In this document: positions 55,119 through 64,000 of the stretch, one piece after another
Layout: every line of letters begins with the position of its first letter
How positions within the stretch are numbered: the first letter of the stretch is position 1
Origin: Gemmatimonadales bacterium
GTDB lineage: Bacteria; Gemmatimonadota; Gemmatimonadetes; Gemmatimonadales; GWC2-71-9
Assembly (NCBI GenBank): GCA_040877595.1
Contig: JBBDNM010000026.1
Location: 78,732 to 142,731, forward strand
Reading direction: 5' to 3'
Length of the DNA: 64,000 nucleotides
Made by a program: the position numbers and the translations under genes
Notes under the pieces: generated by a model
Databases searched by the model: none
What the model saw: only the letters and a program-made list of their open reading frames with translations
Told to the model about the DNA's origin: nothing

Positions 55119-57254
55119 ATGGTACCCCGTCGAGAGTTCCTGACCAGCGCGGGCGCCGTACTCGGGGCGGTCGCATCGCGCCATCTCGCCGCGCAGATGA
55201 TACCTGCGGTCGAGGCGATTCCGACAGTATTCCATGGTCATCCGGACGGTACCCGCACGTTGATCCGCCTTGTCGTGCGGAACAGCGACGCGCCCGCCGG
55301 ACGACTGCGCGTGTACGATGAGCGCACCAACGCCCTCCTCGGCACGGCCGGCGTGATCTCGGTTGGCGACGGCCGATTGTCGGGCGAACTGTGGCTGCCG
55401 CTCGAGCGACCGCTGCGTGTGCGCACCGAACTGGAGTACCCCGGAACTCAGCGCCCGCTCCGCGATCGGTTCACGCTGACCCCCACGCCCCGCTGGACCC
55501 TGCACTGGCTGTTGCTCGCCGACCCCGCCTCGATCACCGCGACGCTCGCGACGCTCGACGCGATGTGGCGTGGCGTCCCTGTCGCTGCGTTACGCGACGT
55601 CGGCGCACAGATCGACCCCGTCCGCCATGCGGAAGCACCTACCGATCTCGCGGCCGCGCGCATCGTCTGGCCCGCGTGGATGGCCAGTCGAGCGTCGGGC
55701 CTGCCGCTCGCGCCCGTGGGCACGGCGTTGCGCGGGTTTGCCGGGCTGCCGTCCGTGTTGGCTGGCTCCGGACTGACCGGCACGGTCGGCATGCTGGATG
55801 AACCGTGGACCGTCGTGGACCAGATCCCGGCCTCGCTGGCCGACCTGCAACGCCTGGTGGAAGAACGTCTGGTGGCGAACGACGCTCCGCTCCACCGAGG
55901 CTTCGTCGTAACACCCATCCATCAGGACACCGACGGATTGGCGGCGTTGTTCGACGCGTGGCGCACGCGGTTCACCGCGCCGGTTCTCGCGGTGGGCACG
56001 GCCCCCGCCGACATGCGGACGCGCGGAATCACGATGCTTGGTGTTGCGCTACCTGGGGGCCCGGACGCGCTCGCCGAACGCGCAGCCCAGCGTCGAGACG
56101 CCCTCGAGTCGGAGGGCGATTCGCTGTTCGCCCCGTTGGCATCCCCGCTCGGCGCGTCCGGGAATGCTCGGACGGCCATCGCGAACGCCATACGCTCCGC
56201 GTACGCCGGGACCATCGTGTTCAACGCGACATCGTTCGGGCGCACCGACGTCGTGCGGGCGGGCGACGGCGAGTGGATTGCCACGGACATTCCGGGTCCA
56301 GGATATGCTGTCGTGCCAACGCCAGCGCCGATCACCTGGCCGGAACCGACGACGACCGCACCGCCGGTTATCGCCAACATCACGTGGCGTGTGCGCCTGA
56401 CCGAGCGCGGCACCATCAGTTCCCTGCTCCACCAACCAAGCGGCACGGAACTCGCGGGCACCCACGGGCTCATGGTGGCGTCGGATGCACGCGCGATGGA
56501 TATCGGCGTCACCCGCGTTCGTGCCTTCGGAGAGCGTCTCGTCGTGCGCCACGTGGCGGGCGGGTCCCGCTGGACCACAACGTTCACACTATACAACGGC
56601 CTCGATACGCTGGACGTGCAGACCGACGGTGGTCCGTGGGACCATGCGTGGCGCTTCGATGCAGCGGTGGGCGGCACGCGCACACGCTGGGCGGAGTTGC
56701 TGGGTATGGGTCAGGCGGACGGCGCGATGCACGGGGTCTCGGCGGGCGACTGGTGGGCGGCCGACGGCACCGCCGGCTCGCTCATGGTCGCCTGTCCTGA
56801 CGGTGCGGTGCTCAGTCGTGACGCCGACGGCGTGTTGCGTCACATGGGCCCATCCGGCGGACTGCGACTTCGCCTGGCGTTTGCCGGCACCGCGCTCGCG
56901 GATGATCCATGGCGGATTGGTGCGTTGGGCCATCCTTTGATCGCCCTCCCCATCCCAGGCACCGGCTCAAACGCGTTGCCAGGCTTTGGCCGCGTGCTCA
57001 ATCTGCGCGATCCCGGTACCCGTCTGGTGGGGCTGCGCCCAGCAGATGACGGCCACGGCGTCATCGCGTACTTGCACGACATCATGGGCGTGGCTCGACC
57101 AATCACTCTGCAGAGCGATCTCCATACCATCCGCACTGCGTACGCCTGCGACCTGCTGGAGCGCGATCGCGCGGTGCTCACCGTGCAGGACGGCGCAGTC
57201 ACCGTAGAACTCGTCGCCGACGGAGTGGTCGCGGTGCGATTGATACTCGGCTAG
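55119..57254 (+). CDS. large hypothetical exported protein (twin-arginine-like signal)
   Basis: MVPRREFLTSAGAVLGAVASRHLAAQ. 711 aa. No catalytic motif recognised. The C-terminal beta-sandwich-like tail is weakly reminiscent of glycoside hydrolase C-terminal domains (speculative). Confidence 0.55.
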   Translation: MVPRREFLTSAGAVLGAVASRHLAAQMIPAVEAIPTVFHGHPDGTRTLIRLVVRNSDAPAGRLRVYDERTNALLGTAGVISVGDGRLSGELWLPLERPLRVRTELEYPGTQRPLRDRFTLTPTPRWTLHWLLLADPASITATLATLDAMWRGVPVAALRDVGAQIDPVRHAEAPTDLAAARIVWPAWMASRASGLPLAPVGTALRGFAGLPSVLAGSGLTGTVGMLDEPWTVVDQIPASLADLQRLVEERLVANDAPLHRGFVVTPIHQDTDGLAALFDAWRTRFTAPVLAVGTAPADMRTRGITMLGVALPGGPDALAERAAQRRDALESEGDSLFAPLASPLGASGNARTAIANAIRSAYAGTIVFNATSFGRTDVVRAGDGEWIATDIPGPGYAVVPTPAPITWPEPTTTAPPVIANITWRVRLTERGTISSLLHQPSGTELAGTHGLMVASDARAMDIGVTRVRAFGERLVVRHVAGGSRWTTTFTLYNGLDTLDVQTDGGPWDHAWRFDAAVGGTRTRWAELLGMGQADGAMHGVSAGDWWAADGTAGSLMVACPDGAVLSRDADGVLRHMGPSGGLRLRLAFAGTALADDPWRIGALGHPLIALPIPGTGSNALPGFGRVLNLRDPGTRLVGLRPADDGHGVIAYLHDIMGVARPITLQSDLHTIRTAYACDLLERDRAVLTVQDGAVTVELVADGVVAVRLILG

Positions 57255-57286
57255 ACGGCCAAGCGGCCAGACGGCTAGTGTACGGT

Positions 57287-58756
57287 ATGCACCCGAACAC
57301 GCTCGGCGAGCTCAAGCAGTCAGATTGGGCTGACCCGAAGAAACACCTGCGCACTGTGCGCGACGAGATGCGCACCAACCTGCTCAAGCACCTGGAATCC
57401 GGGCAGGAGGTCTTCCCCGGCATCGTGGGCTATGAGGAGACGGTGGTTCCGCAGGTCGTGAACGCCGTGCTCGCGCGCCATCACTTCATTCTGCTGGGGC
57501 TGCGGGGTCAGGCCAAGAGCCGCATCCTTCGGGAACTGGTGCGCCTGCTGGACGACCAGATCCCGATCATCGCGGGATCGGAGATCAACGACAATCCGTT
57601 TGCGCCAATCTCCAAGTTCGGGCGTGCCCTCGTCGAAGAGCATGGCGACCGTACGCCGATTGCGTGGGTACCTCGTGCGCAGCGCTACGTGGAAAAGCTG
57701 GCGACCCCGGACGTGACCATCGCGGATATCATCGGCGACGTGGATCCGATCAAGGCCGCGCGCGGTGGGCACCTGCTGTCAGACGAACTGACCATTCACT
57801 ACGGACTCCTGCCCCGCGCCAACCGCGGCATCTTCGCCATCAATGAGCTGCCGGACCTGGCGGGCAAGATTCAGGTGGGGTTGTTCAACATCATGCAGGA
57901 AGGCGACATCCAGATCAAAGGCTATCCGATCCGCATGCCGCTCGATGTCCTGCTCGTGTTCTCGGCCAATCCCGAGGACTACACGGCGCGCGGCAAGATC
58001 ATCACGCCGCTCAAGGACCGGATCGGCGCCGAGATCCAGACGCACTATCCGCCGACGGTCGAGTACGGCATGGCCATCACCGCGCAGGAAGCGTGGACCG
58101 ACCGGAACGGCAAGCGGGTGCAGGTACCCGACTTTGTGCGTGAGGTGGTGGAACGGATCGCGTTTGAGGCGCGCTTCGACAAGCGGATTGATCATCGCTC
58201 CGGCGTAAGCCAGCGGTTGCCCATTTCGGTGCTGGAGACCGTCCTGTCCAACGCCGAGCGGCGCGCGGTCACGCATCGGGAAAAGGCGATCGTGCCGCGC
58301 GTGTCGGACATCTACGCCGCGTTGCCGAGTGTCACGGGCAAGATCGAGCTTGAGTATGAGGGCGAACTGCAGGGGGCGCAGGCCATCGCGGTTGATCTCA
58401 TCCGGCGCGCCTGTCGCGGCACGTTCGAGGCCCGCGCTGGTGGAGCGGACGTGGATGGCCTGGTGATGTGGTTTGATGGCGGGGCCGCGCTCAAGGTGGC
58501 CGACCAGGAGCGGACCGACCTGCTGCTCGAGGCGTTCAGCTCGGTGCCGGGCCTTTTGGACCTCGTGCGTCACACTGGGCTGGCGCCCACCAAGGATGCG
58601 GGCGCGATGGTGGCGGCCTGCGAGCTGGTGCTCGAGGGTCTGGTCGCGCAGAAGCGCATTTCACGCAACGATGAGTTGGGATACGTGATGGCACGCCGGG
58701 AGCGTGGCCCTGGGGCTGGCGGAACCGGCCTCGGTGGTCCCAACTTGTTCGCCTGA
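57287..58756 (+). CDS. AAA+ ATPase, Mg-chelatase (ChlI/BchI)/MoxR-like family
   Basis: ATG at 57287 (MHPNTLGELK); GTG at 57278 is also possible. Walker A-like LLGLRGQAKSRILREL. Walker B GIFAINELPD. LVFSANPEDYTARGKIITPLKDRIG. Confidence 0.82.
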   Translation: MHPNTLGELKQSDWADPKKHLRTVRDEMRTNLLKHLESGQEVFPGIVGYEETVVPQVVNAVLARHHFILLGLRGQAKSRILRELVRLLDDQIPIIAGSEINDNPFAPISKFGRALVEEHGDRTPIAWVPRAQRYVEKLATPDVTIADIIGDVDPIKAARGGHLLSDELTIHYGLLPRANRGIFAINELPDLAGKIQVGLFNIMQEGDIQIKGYPIRMPLDVLLVFSANPEDYTARGKIITPLKDRIGAEIQTHYPPTVEYGMAITAQEAWTDRNGKRVQVPDFVREVVERIAFEARFDKRIDHRSGVSQRLPISVLETVLSNAERRAVTHREKAIVPRVSDIYAALPSVTGKIELEYEGELQGAQAIAVDLIRRACRGTFEARAGGADVDGLVMWFDGGAALKVADQERTDLLLEAFSSVPGLLDLVRHTGLAPTKDAGAMVAACELVLEGLVAQKRISRNDELGYVMARRERGPGAGGTGLGGPNLFA

Positions 58757-59385
58757 TGTCCGTCATCACCATTTCCCGTCAGTACGGGTCCGGCGGATCC
58801 GATATCGCGAAGCTCGTGGCCAAGCGCCTGGGCTGGTCATTGATTGACAATGAGTTCGTGGACCGCGTGGCCGAGCGGGCGGGCATAGATCCGGCTGAAG
58901 TGGAGTCGAAGGAGGAGCGCGTGCCCGGATTGATTGAGCGGCTGGCGCGCGCACTGGCGATTTCGAGTCCGGAGGTGTTTGTCGCCACCGGCGCGCCCCC
59001 GGAAGCGGTGGGCCACGAAGACCGTATCATTGAGATGACCGAACGGGTTATCACCGAGGCCGTGCAACATGGGCACGTCGTGATGGTGGGACGCGGAGCG
59101 CAGGCGTATCTCGCGGAACGCGAACGCACGCTCCATGCCTACATCGTCGCCCCGCGGGCCGCGCGCATCCTGGCGGTGATGAAGCGGCTCGATATTGGTG
59201 AGGTTGAAGCGGGACGGACGCTGGACGATATCGACAAGAACCGCGAGCGGTACGTGAAGACCCACTACAACCGGCACTGGGCCCACCCTGCCAACTATCA
59301 TCTCTGCCTGAACTCAGAGGCGCTCGGATACGAGGGATGCGCAGATATCATCGTCGCGGCGACGGAGTTGCGAGAACTTCGGTAG
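58756..59385 (+). CDS. cytidylate kinase-like family protein
   Basis: TGATG overlap with the AAA+ gene. MSVITISRQYGSGGSDIAKLVAKRLGWSLIDNEF...VMVGRGA. Confidence 0.8.
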   Translation: MSVITISRQYGSGGSDIAKLVAKRLGWSLIDNEFVDRVAERAGIDPAEVESKEERVPGLIERLARALAISSPEVFVATGAPPEAVGHEDRIIEMTERVITEAVQHGHVVMVGRGAQAYLAERERTLHAYIVAPRAARILAVMKRLDIGEVEAGRTLDDIDKNRERYVKTHYNRHWAHPANYHLCLNSEALGYEGCADIIVAATELRELR

Positions 59386-59410
59386 CGGTGGGCGACTGCC
59401 TCTTCGCGCG

Positions 59411-60625
59411 CTACAGTTGCACAACCCCCGGGTGCCGACCCAAGGCAAGCCAGGCCACAACTCCCGTGGTGAGACCGCCCAAGGTCAACACCCATGTTGT
59501 CCCCACCATCTCTGCGGCTGTCCCAGCCGCGAACGCTCCAATCGGTGCCATCCCGACAAATGCCACCGTATAGACGGATACGACTCGCGCACGGAACTCA
59601 TCCGGGGCGATGGATTGAATCAGCGTATTGGTCAGTGCGGTGGCGATGATCATGGCGGCACCCATCATGGCCAACAGCACCAAGGTCAGCGGCAATGACC
59701 GCGACAACGCCACCAGAGCCACCAGCAACCCAAAAGCCGCAGTACTCCATGCCAGCACTCGGCCCTTCGGGAGTTCGTGCACGTAGAGGGCCAGCACGAG
59801 TGCACCACCCAGCGCGCCCAGTCCCACCGCCGACATCATCCAGCCAAACTCACGGGCGCCCACCTCGAGTACGCTGCGGGCGAGAACCGGCATGAGGGTC
59901 AGCACGGGGATGGACAGGATACTGGACGCCGCGATGTTGAAGACGATGCGGCGCAGCCGCGGTTCCCCGTTGACGTAGCGCAATCCCTCGACGATCCGGT
60001 TCCACGGACGGCCGGTGGCTGACGGCCGGCTGCGGTCGACGGATTTGCGAATCACCAGCATGACGCCGAGCACGGCCAGGAACGTCACGCCATTCAGTAG
60101 AAAGCAGATGCCAACGCCAAACGCACCAATCAGGACGCCGGCAATGCTCGGGCCGATGGCGCGCGTGCCGTTGAATGCCGAGGAGTTGAGCGCAATCGCA
60201 CTCGGCAGATGCTCTCGACCGACCAGATCAAAGAAGAACGAGTGGCGTGCCGGGATATCAAATGCCTGTACGATCCCCAGTCCGGCGGCGAGCAGGGCTA
60301 CGAGCGTGATGGTGGCGTTGCCGGAGTACCACATGATCGCGAACGCAAAGCCAAGCAGCATGCCGAAGGTTTGCGTGACGAACACCATGCGGTAGCGTGA
60401 CACCCGGTCGGCCACGGCACCGGCGTAGAGCGAGAACAGCAGGACGGGCAGCGTCCCGAGCGCGTCTACCAGACCGACGTAAAACGGGGAGTCCGTGAGT
60501 TCGACTACGAGCCAGGCCTGCGCGGTCCGCTGCATCCAGACGCCGATGAGCGACACCACGTACCCGACAAAGAAAATCCGGAACGCGGGGACATTCAGGG
60601 CACCGGCGCGGGCGCGTGGTGCCAT
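59411..60625 (-). CDS. MFS transporter (EntS/DUF894-like)
   Basis: 12-TM pattern. FRIFFVGYVVSLIGVWMQRTAQAWLV...GAVADRVSRYRM. Confidence 0.85.
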   Translation of the reverse strand: MAPRARAGALNVPAFRIFFVGYVVSLIGVWMQRTAQAWLVVELTDSPFYVGLVDALGTLPVLLFSLYAGAVADRVSRYRMVFVTQTFGMLLGFAFAIMWYSGNATITLVALLAAGLGIVQAFDIPARHSFFFDLVGREHLPSAIALNSSAFNGTRAIGPSIAGVLIGAFGVGICFLLNGVTFLAVLGVMLVIRKSVDRSRPSATGRPWNRIVEGLRYVNGEPRLRRIVFNIAASSILSIPVLTLMPVLARSVLEVGAREFGWMMSAVGLGALGGALVLALYVHELPKGRVLAWSTAAFGLLVALVALSRSLPLTLVLLAMMGAAMIIATALTNTLIQSIAPDEFRARVVSVYTVAFVGMAPIGAFAAGTAAEMVGTTWVLTLGGLTTGVVAWLALGRHPGVVQL

Positions 60626-61029
60626 CAGGTCACGATCTCGAGCGGTGCGCCGCCGACCTGGACCGCAGCAAAGTCCCGGCGGTCGAACGTCAGGATGCGA
60701 CGGAGTTGGAGTGTCTCGGCAAGCACCAGGAGGGTGGCATCGGCGTAATCAGTTCCAAACTGTCGCATCAGCCGGCTCGCCGCACGCTGGTCCGGGGGGT
60801 CCAGCCCGCGAATCGGGACGCCGGCATCCAGCAACGCCTCGACGACCACCCACGGTTCGACTCCGCCCCGGCGCACGAGGTGGGTGGCCTCGGTCACCAC
60901 CGCCTCTGATGTCACGCAGTGGCCGATGTAGCGGGTGAGGAGGTCCAGACTGCGCGCATGCTGGTGATCGTTACGAGCCAGCGCCGCCACCAGCGGCCCG
61001 GTGTCGAGAAGCACCGTGCCGGGGGACAC
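60625..61029 (-). CDS. PIN-domain ribonuclease toxin (VapC-like)
   Basis: GTG at 61029, 2 nt after the antitoxin stop. VLLDTGPLVA...SEAVVTEA...YADATLLVLAE...ILTFDRRDF, with the acidic PIN residues D, E, D, D. Its stop overlaps the MFS ATG by 1 nt. The track ORF upstream part reads through the heptamer hairpin. Confidence 0.8.
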   Translation of the reverse strand: MSPGTVLLDTGPLVAALARNDHQHARSLDLLTRYIGHCVTSEAVVTEATHLVRRGGVEPWVVVEALLDAGVPIRGLDPPDQRAASRLMRQFGTDYADATLLVLAETLQLRRILTFDRRDFAAVQVGGAPLEIVT

Positions 61030-61030
61030 G

Positions 61031-61285
61031 CTACTCGCGCCAGTTGTGACGATAGATCTGGTCGGCGATGGGATCGTTGCGAATCGCGTCATAGTCGAGG
61101 CTGACCGAGCCCAGGTACGGCGCGAGGCGTTCGGCCGCGCGCGACCGATCAACGGCCGGGCTCGCGAGGTAGGCCTCGATGGCCTCACGGACCACGGCAC
61201 CGCGGGCGACCCCGCGCGCCTTGGCCAGCTTCCGGATGGCCTTGGCGAGGTCGGCGGGGAGGCGGAGGGACAGTTGTTCGGACAT
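61031..61285 (-). CDS. ribbon-helix-helix (CopG/VapB-like) antitoxin
   Basis: MSEQLSLRLPADLAKAIRKLAKARGVARGAVVREAIEAYL is a beta-strand plus two helices, the RHH fold. Confidence 0.8.
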   Translation of the reverse strand: MSEQLSLRLPADLAKAIRKLAKARGVARGAVVREAIEAYLASPAVDRSRAAERLAPYLGSVSLDYDAIRNDPIADQIYRHNWRE

Positions 61286-61290
61286 GCGTC

Positions 61291-61319
61291 AATGTAGTAC
61301 AGATGCATTACATGTGCAA
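61291..61319 (-). promoter_or_regulatory. candidate promoter/operator of the RHH-PIN-MFS unit (near-leaderless)
   Basis: The - strand reads TTGCAC, a 17-nt spacer, TACATT, gacgc, then ATG. The spacer and flanks contain palindromes TGTAgTACA (61293-61301), ATGCAT (61303-61308) and ACATGT (61310-61315), which are plausible RHH operators. Confidence 0.45.
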
Positions 61320-61324
61320 TATAG

Positions 61325-61398
61325 GGCGTGCGTAGTGCGTAGTGCGTGGTGCGTGGATATTCCGTTCTACGCACTACGCACCACGCACCACGCACGCC
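61325..61398. repeat. inverted pair of GTGCGTR heptamer arrays (32-nt arms, 10-nt loop)
   Basis: Left arm GGCGTGCGTA GTGCGTA GTGCGTG GTGCGTGG (61325-61356). Loop atattccgtt. Right arm CTACGCA CTACGCA CCACGCA CCACGCACGCC (61367-61398). 28 of 32 positions are complementary. Confidence 0.95.
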
Positions 61399-61440
61399 GT
61401 TCATCATTGCCTGATCCCTCCCTCCTGGTCACCTTCCGGC

Positions 61441-62769
61441 ATGGGTTTCCACACCTACGGCAAGTACATCCCGCGCTTGGCCGACGCGGTGAATCTCCAG
61501 GATCTGCTCGAGCAGCTGGGGGATTTCCTGTTGCAATCCGGCTTTGCCGGCGGGCCGTCGTGGCATCCGTACTGGGGGGAGTTTGGCGACGAGGACACGC
61601 GGTCCATGGACGCGTTGCGGCAGGCTATCCTCCAGGCGCTCAAGGACTCGGGCAAACTCACGCCCGAGATGTTGCAGGTGCTGCGCGGCGATACTACCGG
61701 CGATCCGAACCGTGATGCGCAGATCCAGGCTGAGCTGGCGGAGCTGCTGGATGAAATCGTCAAGCGGCTGATGGAGGAAGGATATCTCACGGCCGAGCAG
61801 GCGCCGCAGATGCCGGGCGGCCAACAGGGCATGTTCGGACCGGACGGTCAGGCGCGGGCGGCGAGTCAGGACGTCAACTTCGGAATTACGACCAAGGCGG
61901 TGGACTTCCTGGGCTACCGCTCGCTCAAGAGCCTGATCGGCGCCGTGGGCAAGTCAAGCTTCGGGAGCCACGACACCGCACACCTGAGCACGGGAATCGA
62001 GGCGGAGGCGGCGTCGAAGCAGTACGAATTTGGCGATGTGATGAACCTCGATGTACCGGAGACGCTCAAACGGACGTTGATGCGTGGACGCGGGGACGCG
62101 GGGACGCGAACGGGCAACAGCGAATCTGATCCGTTTCTCGATATCGACTATCCCGACTTGATGGTGCACCAATCTGAGTATCGGTCGTCGGCCGCAACGG
62201 TACTGATGCTCGACTGCTCGCACTCGATGATCCTGTACGGCGAAGACCGCTTCACGCCGGCCAAGAAGGTGGCGTTGGCTCTGACGCACCTGATCCGCAC
62301 GCAGTTCCCGGGCGACACGCTCAACGTGGTGCTGTTTCATGACGGCGCCGAGGAAATTCCGCTGGGCAAGCTGGCCGACGTGCAGGTGGGGCCATATCAC
62401 ACCAACACGGCCGAAGGCCTCAAGCTCGCGCGCCGCATCCTCCTGGCGCAGAAGAAGGACATGCGGCAGATCATCATGATCACGGACGGCAAGCCGTCCG
62501 CCCTCACGCTGCCGGACGGCCGGATCTATATCAATTCTGCCGCCCTGGACCCGCGCATCCTGCGCGCGACTTATCGCGAGGTCTCCGCCTGCCGCCGGGC
62601 GGGGATTCTGATCAACACGTTCATGCTGGCGCGGGAGCGGAGTCTGGTCGAGTTCGTCAAGCGGGTGTGCGAGATCGCGAAGGGGAAGGCCTACTTCACG
62701 TCCACGATGACGCTGGGGCAGTACATCCTGATGGATTTCATGAGGCGGAAGACGAGGCGGGTGGGGTAG
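61441..62769 (+). CDS. von Willebrand factor A (vWA) domain protein, probable partner of the AAA+ ATPase at 57287
   Basis: ATG at 61441 ([17 protein letters not shown]...). MIDAS motif LMLDCSHSM and [11 protein letters not shown]. The track ORF start at 61342 lies inside the repeat hairpin. Confidence 0.82.
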   Translation: MGFHTYGKYIPRLADAVNLQDLLEQLGDFLLQSGFAGGPSWHPYWGEFGDEDTRSMDALRQAILQALKDSGKLTPEMLQVLRGDTTGDPNRDAQIQAELAELLDEIVKRLMEEGYLTAEQAPQMPGGQQGMFGPDGQARAASQDVNFGITTKAVDFLGYRSLKSLIGAVGKSSFGSHDTAHLSTGIEAEAASKQYEFGDVMNLDVPETLKRTLMRGRGDAGTRTGNSESDPFLDIDYPDLMVHQSEYRSSAATVLMLDCSHSMILYGEDRFTPAKKVALALTHLIRTQFPGDTLNVVLFHDGAEEIPLGKLADVQVGPYHTNTAEGLKLARRILLAQKKDMRQIIMITDGKPSALTLPDGRIYINSAALDPRILRATYREVSACRRAGILINTFMLARERSLVEFVKRVCEIAKGKAYFTSTMTLGQYILMDFMRRKTRRVG

Positions 62770-62802
62770 TGTAAACGCCCTGCGGGAACCGCTGGACGTG
62801 CG

Positions 62803-64000
62803 CTACCGCAGATCGATAACAAGGGAAGACCCGAATGAGCCGGCGACCAGGAAATCGCCTGACGGCGACAACGCTATCTCGGCCGGCATGAACGGCAGCA
62901 GGATACGGTCCAAGACGGCCCCATCGCTCACCCGCACCTTCACCACTTCCGGATCGTTGCTGTACCCCAACCACGCGTACGTCCCATCGGGCCCGATTCC
63001 TGTCACGGTCGGGGCGCCGCGCACGGCCGTCAGCCCCTCGACAGGTGGCGTCAACCAAAACAGGAAGACGCCATCGCGGTCGTACAGCGCGGCCCCCGCC
63101 AGTATGAAATCCCCGTTGGCCGAAATGCTGAGGCTCCCCGAAGCGAATCCGCCGTTGAGTGCATGAACGCTCCCATTCCGCAACGCAACGCCTGACCCGA
63201 AAACCAGGTATGACCCGTCCTCAGGACGCGCCACCCGCTGGTCCGTACTGTTCGGTCCAATCTGGGTCGGTGGCTCGCTGGGCGACAACAGGACATAGTT
63301 CAAGATGTTGGGGAAGGTCTGTTGTGCCGTCGCGCCTATCGCTCCGTCCGCTCGCACGGCGACAAACCGCGGCGCAGCGCCGAGGGGAATGCTCACGAAG
63401 TCTTCCGCTGTACCGAGCAGCGGCCCGATATACAGACCCGCCCCCGTATTCCCACTGATCACGACGCTGTCGGACCCCGCGGTGAAGTCACCACTCCACG
63501 AAGTACTCGCAAGCGGCAAATCGCGGACCAGTCGCAACGGGCTGAGCGCAAAGACTCGCACAGGCCCTGAGGGAATGCCGGTCCCCAGAAAGTGGACGCT
63601 ATCCGGTGCAAAACGGAAGTAACGCGAATGCGCCGGGAGGGGTTGCGACGGCGGCGTCCGGGCGTGATAGATGCCTGCTGCCAAGCTGTCGGTCCGGCTG
63701 TTCCCGGCCAGGTCGTACGCTTCCGCCGTGATCCATCCGCGGATGCCCTCGGGCACAACCGCCGCCACCGCGTACGTGGTGTCAGCCGCAAATCCCGACA
63801 GATGGATCGTATCCACCGACCCCACCAGCGGGTTCACCACCACAACGTGTGAAAGTCCGACGCCATCGTTCGCCCGCACCCTCAGGGACATGGGGCTGCC
63901 ACTGACGTGGGCATAGAACTGCCGTCCGGTGGCCCCCACAAACGCCATCACGCTCCGTGCACCCAGCAGCCCGAGGAAGACCTGGGGAGGCACGGGATCC
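62803..64000 (-). CDS. hypothetical beta-propeller-like secreted protein, 5' end possibly beyond the window
   Basis: ORF is open to within 7 nt of the window end. Repetitive strand motifs (SPSGDFLVAG, SANGDFILAG, GPDGTYAWLG) suggest beta-propeller blades. No catalytic motif. Confidence 0.55.
   Translation of the reverse strand, partial: DPVPPQVFLGLLGARSVMAFVGATGRQFYAHVSGSPMSLRVRANDGVGLSHVVVVNPLVGSVDTIHLSGFAADTTYAVAAVVPEGIRGWITAEAYDLAGNSRTDSLAAGIYHARTPPSQPLPAHSRYFRFAPDSVHFLGTGIPSGPVRVFALSPLRLVRDLPLASTSWSGDFTAGSDSVVISGNTGAGLYIGPLLGTAEDFVSIPLGAAPRFVAVRADGAIGATAQQTFPNILNYVLLSPSEPPTQIGPNSTDQRVARPEDGSYLVFGSGVALRNGSVHALNGGFASGSLSISANGDFILAGAALYDRDGVFLFWLTPPVEGLTAVRGAPTVTGIGPDGTYAWLGYSNDPEVVKVRVSDGAVLDRILLPFMPAEIALSPSGDFLVAGSFGSSLVIDLR

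Overview
Dense, high-GC bacterial chromosomal window with about 66 protein-coding genes. I recognised no rRNA, tRNA, CRISPR, transposase or integrase. Many genes are joined by ATGA/GTGA/TAATG start-stop overlaps. The taxon is a guess (a Gram-negative, possibly Gemmatimonadota- or Acidobacteriota-like organism); no search was possible. Recognisable blocks, in order: purD; a tightly overlapped operon of mutM, an ATP-grasp enzyme, a 4x zinc-ribbon metallopeptidase, a Cho-like GIY-YIG nuclease and a CaCA antiporter; an S9 peptidase; ubiE; an ECF sigma, anti-sigma, membrane protein and toast-rack operon; apbC, nrnA, an AGCS symporter, mgtE, guaB; a tungstate/molybdate-type ABC pair plus fdhD-mobA-mobB-moeA; etfB-etfA-OMP-ETF:quinone oxidoreductase; corA, an EVE gene, glutaryl-CoA dehydrogenase, an IDH-family dehydrogenase; cstA, an ArsA-like ATPase and fprA; a PduO-type adenosyltransferase, a phzF-like gene, aroB; a sigma-70 gene with a textbook promoter; glcD-glcE-glcF, ygfZ, a divergent Nramp; and an AAA+/vWA pair. 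Accessory content is a VapB45/VapC45-like (DUF433/DUF5615-like) pair, an RHH/PIN pair translationally coupled to an MFS gene, and a frameshifted four-helix-bundle (23S-IVS/Avd family) gene. The most unusual signal is not a gene. Five intergenic loci are built from 7-8 bp tandem units, mostly as inverted, hairpin-forming arrays, and one pair brackets the four-helix-bundle gene that interrupts glcDEF. The second candidate is the mutM/ATP-grasp/zinc-ribbon protease/GIY-YIG operon, a possible DNA-repair module. Many long ORFs in the supplied track are antisense shadows typical of high-GC DNA and were not called. All functional calls rest on motif recognition by eye. Starts were chosen from start/stop overlaps and N-terminal homology and may be off by some codons.
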